From NCBI GenBank assembly GCA_000004985.1, contig GG738896.1: a stretch of DNA of 64,000 bases, one strand, 5' to 3'. Positions 11,465 through 20,185 of the stretch are shown here, piece by piece (within the stretch, counting starts at the first letter, position 1; every line of letters starts with the position of its first letter). Below the pieces are notes generated by a model, which was given only the letters and a program-made list of their open reading frames with translations, ran no database searches and was not told the DNA's origin. A program made the translations under genes and the position numbers. Source of the DNA: Naegleria gruberi (taxonomy: Eukaryota).

Positions 11465-11933
11465 ATAATTCAAAATAGAACATGTAGACATTAGAAAACT
11501 ATTGTTTAACAATTACTTGATGGTCGCTACTACCAATAAGCAAAATTATAAGATGAAAAGTTTTTCAACAAAAGCCTTCGGAAACTAGTAAATTCATCAC
11601 AGGAAAAAATACTAAAATCTGTATGCACTAGAAAAAAAGATATTCCCTTTGAATATATTTATGATGATCCAAAATAAAATAGAAGGAAGATGAATACAGT
11701 ATCCTCACAGATGTATTAAAATATTGTGTTGCTATTAAATAATAGAATAATTGTGGTATACACTTCGTGCCTTCATAGTATACTTCTGTGAAGGTAAGTC
11801 GCCTTTCCTATTTGGTGCGATATGCCAGCTTTAATGAAGCAACATATTTCAAAGTGTCATCCATCTGTGCATGGACTTCTCCAAATTCGATTTCATTTGT
11901 CAACTGGCCTGAACATCATTTGAAACAAAAAAA

Positions 11934-14900
11934 ATGCAACAACCACATTCCAGAACGTTTCTCTATTTGCTTTTCATATTAATATTGCAAGTGTGTTTGC
12001 AAGTTCAACAACATTCCACCACACTAGCTGTCAACACATGTTGGGGATATTCAGCTACTGACATTTCGAATGTATGTGGAGGTCATGGTTTCTGTCAAAG
12101 TACTGATTCTTGCTATTGTGTAGATTCAACGAGTAGTAATACTTTATATTCATCAGGAGGATCCAACACTCTCTATCAGGAAACTTCTCTATGGTCCACC
12201 AACTCTCAATTCGAATTGAAACAACAAAATGATGGTAATTTGGTAGTTTATACGAGAAGTGGAGGAGTGGTTTTCTCTTTCTCAACTTGGCAACAAACAC
12301 CTGATACTCCCTATACTTTAGTTCTTTCTGGGGATGGTACATTACAAGTTAAAAGTGGTGGAGGTGCCATTATAAAGACAATTTCAGGAGCATGTGGTGG
12401 TACAGCCCCTTACAAATTACTAGTCCAAAATGATGGTAATATAGTGCTCTATGGAGCACAGAGAGAAGTTTGTTTTGCTTCTGGAACATCTCAAGGTGGT
12501 TATTCACTTACGTATAATTGGGGTGGAGACCAGTGCAATCAATATCTTTGTTACGGGTTGACTGGTGCTAATGCATGTAATGGTCACGGCTCTTGTAATT
12601 CGAGGGATAGTTGCTCATGTAATAATGGATACAGTGGAAGTCAATGTACTGAGTACTACTGCAATAGTGTACTGTATTCTCAGATTGGTACAGTTTGTAA
12701 TGGTCATGGAACGTGTACGGCTCCAAATACTTGTCAATGTACTGGTGGATATAATGGTACTTTTTGTGCTTCATATCAATGTTATGGATTTGAATCGAAT
12801 GACCCAGGAGCATGTAGTGGATTTGGAACTTGTTCTTCACCAAATACTTGTACTAATTGTCTTGCTGGAAGATATGGATCTGAGTGCCAATATTATGATT
12901 GCGGTGGAATTAGATTTGATCAACCAAACGTATGCTCTGGAAGAGGAGAATGTGGTTCTAAAAACAATTGTACTTGTTCAGAGCCATACTTTGGAGATAA
13001 TTGTGAAAATTTTATGTGTAATGGAATCATTAACAATTCTACGCTCGTTTGTTCAGGCCATGGAGCATGTTCTTCACCAGAGAATTGTACTTGCCAAGAG
13101 GGTTACTTTGGAGAGAATTGTGAATTGTTTGAATGCAGTGGAATTTTGAAAAATGAATCAAATGTGTGCACTGGATTTGGTAATTGCACAGCATTTGATA
13201 GTTGTCAATGTGATGAGCAACATTATGGTAAATTCTGTGAAATTAATATTTGCAATGGAGTACTCTCAAACAGTCCAAGTGTTTGCTCTTCACATGGTCA
13301 ATGTAACTCATTCAATAATTGTACTTGTGATGAAAATTATAGTGGACAAAATTGTGAAATTTATGATTGTTATGGAGCTTCTAAAAATTCCTCCTCCGTA
13401 TGCTCTGGAAGAGGAACATGTTCAGCATATAACAATTGTAGTTGCTCTGCACCTTTTTATGGATCTGATTGTGGATTATATAATTGTTTTGGAGTAGAGC
13501 ACTTGAACGACAGTTCATGTTCATCCCATGGTTCATGTGATTCACCAAACAATTGTACATGTAAACCTGGATATTATGGAAACCGTTGTGAGTTTCATAA
13601 TTGTTATGGCACTCTCTTCAACAGCTCAGGTGTTTGTTCCACTCATGGACAATGCTTATCACCAAATAATTGTTTCTGTGAAGCAGGATTCTATGGACCA
13701 GAATGTGCAGAATATGATTGTTTTGGAGTTCATAAGAATTCTTCAAATGTTTGTTTCCAACATGGAGCTTGTTTGAGTCCAAATAATTGTTCTTGCCAGG
13801 AAGGATACTTTTCGTTTGATTGTTCTAATCATAGATGTTATGGATATTTATTTAATGATACTACAAATGTTTGTAATGGCCATGGCTCATGTCCTTATCC
13901 AAATAATTGTACATGTCAATCAGGATATTATGGATATCAGTGTGAATCTCATGAATGCTTTGGAAAGTTATTCAATATCTCGACTGTTTGTTCCACCCAT
14001 GGACAATGTTTGTCACCAAATAATTGTTTCTGTGAAGCAGGATATTATGGACCAGAATGTGCAGAATATGATTGTTTTGGAGTTCATAAGAATTCTTCAA
14101 ATGTATGCTTCCAGCACGGTACATGTTTGAGTCCTAACAATTGCTCATGCCAAGAAGGATACTACGGATTCGATTGTTCTAATCACAACTGTTTTGGAAT
14201 TCTGTTTAATGATACCATGAATGTTTGTAATGGTCATGGTTCTTGTTTTGTTCCAGATAATTGTACATGTCATCCAGGATATTATGGAAAAACCTGTGAA
14301 ATGCACAATTGTTTCAATATTTTGTTCAATGACTCAAATGTTTGCTCAGGAAAAGGTCAATGCTTATCACCAAATAACTGTTCCTGTGTTGATGGTTTTA
14401 CCAATAAGGATTGCTCAGTGAATATCAGTCCTTTCCAAATCAACCTCACAAAATACGAAGAAGTTGTTTATTTGGAGTTTGATAACAAGACTATTAGTGT
14501 TGAAATTCAATTGACAGATCGAGTATTGAGCCAAAGTCCAAATATTTCCTACACTTGGTCTTGTGCTCAGTGCGATGGACAAAATGTGGTGTATTATGTT
14601 GATTCTAATCGTTTGTTCATCAACTCTACATTAACTGATGTTACTCAAGCAGGCAATTACACTTTCATTGCAAACGCATCCATTGCTAATATTCAACCAT
14701 TCCAAAGTAGAAAATCCAACATTGAGCAATTCAAATTGGTTGTAAAGTATGATTTGAATCAGCCAACTTTGGGCTCCTTTGGCTTACCTTCTGTACTTGT
14801 ATCTAATACTCAAGATCAAACTATTTCAACTGTTATTAATAGTATCACTCTTAATCAAACAACTGTAAGATACTTTTTGGGTTGTGGTAGAAATTGCTCA

Positions 14901-17900
14901 ACTTTGGTTTCGTATTTATACGAAGTGAAGGCTGGAGTGTTTTATTACAAAAAATCAGGTTCTGTAATGGCACAATTTGAGAGCTCTAATCTATTGACCT
15001 TTTCTCCATCTGTTCCTATTCAAGCAACCATTCCATCTGATTATTTGAATGAAACAGTCTCATTCACATTTACAGTTATCAATAACAAGCAACAGAATAT
15101 CAGTTCAACTGTACAAATTCAAATTGTCTCCTCTGCAAGCCCACCAACACGACTGACAAACATAGTGGATGTTGTACCAACATATGGTATTTCAATGAGT
15201 GAAAAGTTTACAATTAAGGTTTCGGAGTGGGTTGCATCACCTGAACTGTTACCACTAAAATACGCTTTTGGATATTTTGATAAATCCAAGGCAGAAGCTG
15301 TGAGATTGACCGAATATGGTCTTAATACTACGTTTTCATCTTATCTACCTTATATTAGATCATCATCTAGCTCTAAGGCAAGAAGCATCTTGGAAGCTAC
15401 AGAGACAATTGCTTTGGTTGTCTTTGTACAAGACTCTCTTGGAAATGTCGAAACTGAAACGGCAGCTAATGTAACAGTATCTCCATTTAATGGAACTCAA
15501 GAGCAATATATTGAGGTTGTTAAATCTTTGAGCGGAGAATCACTATTGGTTGCCTCAGTGGATCAAACATTCACAAGCTTAGCATCATCATCATTGGTTT
15601 CAGCCCTCATTTCTAATATTGAAATTGATCCAAAGAATCCTTCTTCTTCTCTTTCCAGCTTGGAAACGCTCACGTCCAACAATGAAACACTCACAGCCAA
15701 TACAGTTACTCAGGTCATCAACAAATTGGATTCATTTATCTCCAATCTAACAGAGCTCTATTTAAGTGAACTTGCTCTATATGGCTATGTGAAATCCGGG
15801 ATGTCCAGTACAGACATTAGCAAAACAGTTCAAATTATTTCGAACTGTTTCTCTACTTCATATGATGCCGAAAAAACCAAATCAACAGCAAGTCTCGTCA
15901 CAGGTCTGATTTATTATGGAACTATTCCTTCTGTTGTAGACACAACATCCACAGAATTACCAACAACCTCTTACAAATCAACTTCTATTAACATTACTGT
16001 TTCTAGTTTCAACATGCCAACACCGAGTACGAATCTACAATCAGTCTCAGATACTGAAAGCAAGGTAGCAATGAATTTGACATCTATTTTGTCCAAATAT
16101 GGTGCCTATTCGACAACATGTGGTGCAACAATGATAATTTATTCAAAGAACACTAATTATGATTCCTCTGTTAGTAACATGACTATCAGTTCCTCTGTTA
16201 CTGACTTTAAATTCATGAGAAAACTGGATATTTTAGTATTGAAAAATTTGGATTCACCGCTCATACTTTCCTTCAATGCAGCCACAATCCCAAGCTCAGT
16301 GATCGCCAACTCCACAGTTACCAACAGTACGTATCATTGTAAGTATTGGGATGAGAGTCTTAAATTGTGGAGCAGCAATGGATGTTTATTGAATAGAGTT
16401 TCATCAAATTCAATTGAATGCGCTTGCTCTCATACAACTATGTTTACAACTTTCCTTGAATCCAAGACCACAGCACTTACTGTTCAACTCAAGGATCAGG
16501 TTTCGTCTTTATACTATGCCCAAATATCATTCGGTATTATTTACTTGATTGCCGCCAGTGCTATTTTGGTTGGATTGATTGTTTTGAGAAAATCGCAACC
16601 TGTTAGCTCTAGATTACTGACTCCATATGTTGGTTTGATTGCCTTAATTGTGGAATGTACATTGATTTACATAGTACAAAGATCTGTTCTCGTTGATCAA
16701 TTGAACTCTGCCAATACTCAAATGTGGGAAAATGGAGATACTGCTGCCAACATTATTGCAAACATTGTAATGATTATTGTAAACACTCTCAATTTAACTG
16801 CCATTTTCTGTTACGTCATGCAAGTTTTCAGATTCCAATTCATGAAATTGCTTTACAAGAAACTTTCTGATAATAGAACTCAAGCTCAAAGTGCAACAGT
16901 TTTGAAAGTATTGAAGTATACCACTTCTCAAATATTATTTTATTCATTGATTGGAATTTTTACTGCCCTAAATATTGCCTATTGGGTTATTTGGGTCATT
17001 CTGAGAAGAACTGGAGTTCTCACATCAACACAGTACACCTATGTTGTATCCCTTTCTTATACGGTTTGCATTTTGGCATTTGGTTTGATAATTACTGCTG
17101 TTGCAATCCTTGACATGATTCTCTCCTCAAAGAAGGAAGTTGAGCAAAAGAAAAATAGAAGAAAAGCTATTAACTTTTCACAACCAACCAGCAACTTTAG
17201 TCTTGATAATGCTGAAAATGTACATGAAAAGAAGAAAATTAATAGGAATGTATTCTTGAATGCTTTCAATTGGTTTACATCAATGGATGGACCACTCTAT
17301 TTCAGAATGGAAATGTTCATTTATATCGTGTCTTTCATTTTGCTAATATTGAATCAAGTTATTGGATTGAGTAGCTTAGCATACAGATTTGAGAGTTTGA
17401 CAATGTTTAAACTTGCTTTGACTTTTGATTCCATTTCCTTCATCTTTGAGGTACTCTATGTGGTCTCATATATTTTAGTATTTGGTGGTTATGCACTCAT
17501 TGTCGCAATCATTTACAAGGTTAGACAACGTAGAACAAGAAAGGAAGAACAAAAGAAACAAAATGAGGAAATTATGAATCAAGAACTTTACAATACTTTG
17601 GAATCTGAAGAAGGTTATGAACTCTTTGCCAACTTTTGCGAAAAAGAATTCAGTTCAGAAAATCTATTCCTCTTCTCTGATATCAAAGCAAGTCCAGATG
17701 TGGCCTCTGGTGAAAATCTAGGAGGATTACTCTTCTTTGCTGAGAGAATTTATGAAAAGTACATCAAGACAGGTGCAGAAATGGAAGTTAACATTCCATC
17801 AAAGAGTAGAACTGCTTTTGTCCAACTCTATGAAAAATGTAAGAAAGTTGAAACAAACTCTTCATTGGAATTATTAGATTCTAATTCTCTAGCTAAATCT

Positions 17901-18077
17901 GGAATTGAAACCAATATTGTAAAGGATTGTTTCGATTTAATGATGAGACAAGTAGTAATGAATTTAGGAGATACCTTTTCTAGATTTGTTTTCACACCAG
18001 AATATGTTAATTTCAAGGCGGTTAGAGACGTTCAAATGCAAATTATCGAGAAGGCCAATGTTGTCTATGATATTTAA
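11934..18077 (+). CDS. giant receptor: signal peptide, 2 bulb-type lectin motifs, ~20 EGF-like repeats, Ser/Thr-rich stalk, GPS motif, 7 TM helices, C-terminal RGS domain
   Basis: Single 2047-aa ORF with no introns. Lectin motifs QNDGNLVVY and QNDGNIVLY match QxDxNxVxY. There are about 20 Cys-rich 31-32-aa EGF units (C..G.CxSPNNCxCxxGYYGxxCE). The GPS motif is CKYWDESLKLWSSNGC...CACSHTTMFTTF. Seven hydrophobic segments follow. The RGS signature is EEGYELFANFCEKEFSSENLFLFSDIKA. Confidence 0.75.
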   Translation: MQQPHSRTFLYLLFILILQVCLQVQQHSTTLAVNTCWGYSATDISNVCGGHGFCQSTDSCYCVDSTSSNTLYSSGGSNTLYQETSLWSTNSQFELKQQNDGNLVVYTRSGGVVFSFSTWQQTPDTPYTLVLSGDGTLQVKSGGGAIIKTISGACGGTAPYKLLVQNDGNIVLYGAQREVCFASGTSQGGYSLTYNWGGDQCNQYLCYGLTGANACNGHGSCNSRDSCSCNNGYSGSQCTEYYCNSVLYSQIGTVCNGHGTCTAPNTCQCTGGYNGTFCASYQCYGFESNDPGACSGFGTCSSPNTCTNCLAGRYGSECQYYDCGGIRFDQPNVCSGRGECGSKNNCTCSEPYFGDNCENFMCNGIINNSTLVCSGHGACSSPENCTCQEGYFGENCELFECSGILKNESNVCTGFGNCTAFDSCQCDEQHYGKFCEINICNGVLSNSPSVCSSHGQCNSFNNCTCDENYSGQNCEIYDCYGASKNSSSVCSGRGTCSAYNNCSCSAPFYGSDCGLYNCFGVEHLNDSSCSSHGSCDSPNNCTCKPGYYGNRCEFHNCYGTLFNSSGVCSTHGQCLSPNNCFCEAGFYGPECAEYDCFGVHKNSSNVCFQHGACLSPNNCSCQEGYFSFDCSNHRCYGYLFNDTTNVCNGHGSCPYPNNCTCQSGYYGYQCESHECFGKLFNISTVCSTHGQCLSPNNCFCEAGYYGPECAEYDCFGVHKNSSNVCFQHGTCLSPNNCSCQEGYYGFDCSNHNCFGILFNDTMNVCNGHGSCFVPDNCTCHPGYYGKTCEMHNCFNILFNDSNVCSGKGQCLSPNNCSCVDGFTNKDCSVNISPFQINLTKYEEVVYLEFDNKTISVEIQLTDRVLSQSPNISYTWSCAQCDGQNVVYYVDSNRLFINSTLTDVTQAGNYTFIANASIANIQPFQSRKSNIEQFKLVVKYDLNQPTLGSFGLPSVLVSNTQDQTISTVINSITLNQTTVRYFLGCGRNCSTLVSYLYEVKAGVFYYKKSGSVMAQFESSNLLTFSPSVPIQATIPSDYLNETVSFTFTVINNKQQNISSTVQIQIVSSASPPTRLTNIVDVVPTYGISMSEKFTIKVSEWVASPELLPLKYAFGYFDKSKAEAVRLTEYGLNTTFSSYLPYIRSSSSSKARSILEATETIALVVFVQDSLGNVETETAANVTVSPFNGTQEQYIEVVKSLSGESLLVASVDQTFTSLASSSLVSALISNIEIDPKNPSSSLSSLETLTSNNETLTANTVTQVINKLDSFISNLTELYLSELALYGYVKSGMSSTDISKTVQIISNCFSTSYDAEKTKSTASLVTGLIYYGTIPSVVDTTSTELPTTSYKSTSINITVSSFNMPTPSTNLQSVSDTESKVAMNLTSILSKYGAYSTTCGATMIIYSKNTNYDSSVSNMTISSSVTDFKFMRKLDILVLKNLDSPLILSFNAATIPSSVIANSTVTNSTYHCKYWDESLKLWSSNGCLLNRVSSNSIECACSHTTMFTTFLESKTTALTVQLKDQVSSLYYAQISFGIIYLIAASAILVGLIVLRKSQPVSSRLLTPYVGLIALIVECTLIYIVQRSVLVDQLNSANTQMWENGDTAANIIANIVMIIVNTLNLTAIFCYVMQVFRFQFMKLLYKKLSDNRTQAQSATVLKVLKYTTSQILFYSLIGIFTALNIAYWVIWVILRRTGVLTSTQYTYVVSLSYTVCILAFGLIITAVAILDMILSSKKEVEQKKNRRKAINFSQPTSNFSLDNAENVHEKKKINRNVFLNAFNWFTSMDGPLYFRMEMFIYIVSFILLILNQVIGLSSLAYRFESLTMFKLALTFDSISFIFEVLYVVSYILVFGGYALIVAIIYKVRQRRTRKEEQKKQNEEIMNQELYNTLESEEGYELFANFCEKEFSSENLFLFSDIKASPDVASGENLGGLLFFAERIYEKYIKTGAEMEVNIPSKSRTAFVQLYEKCKKVETNSSLELLDSNSLAKSGIETNIVKDCFDLMMRQVVMNLGDTFSRFVFTPEYVNFKAVRDVQMQIIEKANVVYDI
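16338..16456 (+). other. GPS (GPCR proteolysis site) motif inside the giant receptor
   Basis: C-x2-W-x6-W-x4-C-x11-C-x-C-x-H-T-T-x-F (CKYWDESLKLWSSNGCLLNRVSSNSIECACSHTTMFTTF), immediately before the first TM helix. Confidence 0.6.
17590..18060 (+). other. RGS (regulator of G-protein signalling) domain at the C terminus of the 7TM receptor
   Basis: LYNTLESEEGYELFANFCEKEFSSENLFLFSDIKA ... FVQLYEKCKK ... matches the RGS-box hallmark (F..F...EFS.ENL.FW). Confidence 0.55.
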
Positions 18078-18099
18078 TAAATGTAGAGTTTGAAATATT

Positions 18100-18858
18100 T
18101 TATTGATCTTTAATGCCGATGGTAACTGGTTGTAAAGTGACTGGTTGAGTAACCATACCTGGTGGATTGATAGTGCCGTAACCTTGTGGCATTGGTTGAC
18201 TAGAGGCTGATGATGGTGTAGGAATGAATTGTTGCTGTTGTGGTGGAACTAGCATTGGTTGTTGTTGATACGGTTGACCATATGGTTGTTGAATCATCAT
18301 TGGTTGTTGGGGTGGCATTGTCAAATTAGCTGTTCCAGTATAAACCAATCTCAATACGATACCAGTAGAAACATGAATCAATTTCCATTCGAAACCATTG
18401 CTAGTCAATTGAGAATTATTCAATCCTTGGAACATCTTATTCACTTCTTGTTTAACTTCAAGTTGTTTTTGCTGTTGTTGATAAATCATGTAAAACATTA
18501 CAAAAATATAAACAAATATCCACAATCCACATGTCAATACTATCAAAATAATATTGATCATCATTATCATGAAATATTTGCTTTTAATCTCACCAACAGT
18601 CCTATCAAGATAAGTATTCAAACTATTCATCGTGTCAGTAAACAATTGTCCATCAAGTGAATACGATTGTACCAAATTAGGAGCCAACTGATTATTGAAA
18701 GTTTTCATAGTGTGAGCGTAGGAATCTTCATAGACAACTTGTTGTCCTGGTTGAATGGCCAAAAGTTGTTGATCCATTGCCATGGCCATAGCAGCACGAG
18801 CTGCATAATTTCCACCATGATGATGATGGTGATGGCGATGGTGATGCATTCTTGTCAT
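18100..18858 (-). CDS. hypothetical membrane protein with His-rich N terminus, one or two TM helices and a Pro/Gln-rich tail
   Basis: 252-aa ORF starting MTRMHHHRHHHHHHGG. A hydrophobic stretch (FMIMMINIILIVLTCGLWIFVYIFVMFYMIY) is followed by a PQ-rich C terminus. Its stop codon lies 22 bp from the stop of the convergent receptor gene. Confidence 0.45.
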   Translation of the reverse strand: MTRMHHHRHHHHHHGGNYAARAAMAMAMDQQLLAIQPGQQVVYEDSYAHTMKTFNNQLAPNLVQSYSLDGQLFTDTMNSLNTYLDRTVGEIKSKYFMIMMINIILIVLTCGLWIFVYIFVMFYMIYQQQQKQLEVKQEVNKMFQGLNNSQLTSNGFEWKLIHVSTGIVLRLVYTGTANLTMPPQQPMMIQQPYGQPYQQQPMLVPPQQQQFIPTPSSASSQPMPQGYGTINPPGMVTQPVTLQPVTIGIKDQ

Positions 18859-19025
18859 TTTTTTTAACTGTCACTCTGAACAGGTTCATAGATGGTTCTA
18901 TTTAGAAGATAGATCACTTTTTTACAATAACTATTTTGTAAATGGTTTAAGAACAGTATTATAATTTTATTTCCATTTCCAAATTTAAGGTTCTCTAAAT
19001 TTAAATTGAATATTTATTAAAAAAA
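18859..19025. promoter_or_regulatory. compact bidirectional promoter region (167 bp) between divergent genes
   Basis: Start codons at 18858 (-) and 19026 (+) face outward across 167 bp of AT-rich sequence. Confidence 0.3.
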
Positions 19026-20039
19026 ATGTCGCAACAAGCAACAATTGATTCATCATCATCGCCAGCAAACATGTATTTTCCGGTGCAAACAAAAATTTCA
19101 TGCCTCTTTGAAATTGAATTTTTAGAGAAGGAGAAGAAAGTTCTTGCTGTCAATAGATTATATAAGAAGGTTGTTAATTTACCAACCAATTCTGATGATA
19201 TCCGAGTGAATCCGACCATAAAAATTGATGGCACTTGTTGTCTTGTTCGTCAAGAGAAATTATTTAAACGTTATGATAGAAAATTGAATGCTTCGGGATC
19301 GAAGAAGAATAAGCAATTTCAAAAAGAAATTTCTCAAGGTACTGCCGATACTAATATTTTACAATTTGATATTTCAAAGGATTTTAAGGAGGGACCAAAA
19401 GGATGGATACCTTGTGATAGTATTGCTCATTTATTTACTGAGGAGAATAATTCAAATGTGGTTTCGTCTCAACATTTAGTGGGATGGATTCCTGTGGATT
19501 CTAATGATGCTGCAGATAAATGGCATTCTTCTGCGATAGTTTCGATTAATAATGAGCCACATGCCATAATGTTAATTCCCTATTTTGACCAAAATGATGA
19601 ACAAGCCAAGTTTTCAGTTGAATTTAGAAAGTTATCAAGTTTAGAAAATCAAACATTGGAATTAATTGGATCAAAAATTAATGGTAACGTTTATAACTTT
19701 CCTGCAAATGAAAAACAACACTTTTTAGTTCCACATGGATGGGCTTCCTATTCTTGGAAAGCAAGTAATGCATTTTTGGAGAATGTTAAAGAGCTCACCG
19801 TGGAAAAGCTTAAATCTTGGTTCGAAGATGAATCCAATATCATGAGTAAAAGTGAAGGTATTGTATTTCACATAATGTACAAAACAGAGGAAGGTAAGGA
19901 TAAGGAAATGCTGATCAAAATACACAGACACCACCTTAATTTGGATTGGCCTTTGAAGGGCTCTGCCATTCCACAATTTCAATATCAGTTGCAATGGATA
20001 GAAGAAGTTTTGAGACTCAAGAGTGAAAATAAACTCTAA
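19026..20039 (+). CDS. RLIG1 (C12orf29)-type ATP-dependent RNA ligase homolog
   Basis: 337-aa ORF. It carries the KxDG nucleotidyltransferase motif KIDGTCCLV and further blocks GWIPCDSI, VGWIPVD, KWHSS, QTLELIGSKINGNVY, HFLVPHGW, SWFEDE, EGIVFHI and LIKIHRHHLNLDWP. These match my recollection of human C12orf29, which has EKVDGTCCYV, GWVPVE, LEQTLELIGTNINGNPYG, EGIVWHC and LIKVHRHHLGLCWP. This comparison is from memory, not a search. Confidence 0.7.
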   Translation: MSQQATIDSSSSPANMYFPVQTKISCLFEIEFLEKEKKVLAVNRLYKKVVNLPTNSDDIRVNPTIKIDGTCCLVRQEKLFKRYDRKLNASGSKKNKQFQKEISQGTADTNILQFDISKDFKEGPKGWIPCDSIAHLFTEENNSNVVSSQHLVGWIPVDSNDAADKWHSSAIVSINNEPHAIMLIPYFDQNDEQAKFSVEFRKLSSLENQTLELIGSKINGNVYNFPANEKQHFLVPHGWASYSWKASNAFLENVKELTVEKLKSWFEDESNIMSKSEGIVFHIMYKTEEGKDKEMLIKIHRHHLNLDWPLKGSAIPQFQYQLQWIEEVLRLKSENKL

Positions 20040-20185
20040 TATTATTTCTTCTTGCTGAATTTTTCTTGTAATGTGTCATTCATCTCAATGGCTTCTCTGG
20101 TTTTTTCAGGTTTTAATTTATAGACACTATGATAAATAAGTCTATCAAATATTAGAATTTTTCTTCAATTAATATTGTGAAATAC

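Noticed and set aside
12565-14421. Cluster of 60-190-aa ORFs on both strands inside the EGF-repeat region (for example 12565..13149, 13153..13497, 13816..14130 on the plus strand and 12568..12843 on the minus strand)
   Set aside because: They lie in alternative frames of the long EGF-repeat coding sequence. The 93-96-nt periodic, Cys-codon-rich repeat simply lacks stops in other frames. Their translations are low-complexity (V/I/M/H-rich) with no motifs.
18259-18867. Plus-strand ORFs (133 and 66 aa) antisense to the His-rich membrane protein gene
   Set aside because: Antisense frames of a coding region with biased composition. The minus-strand ORF has a coherent TM-protein organisation.
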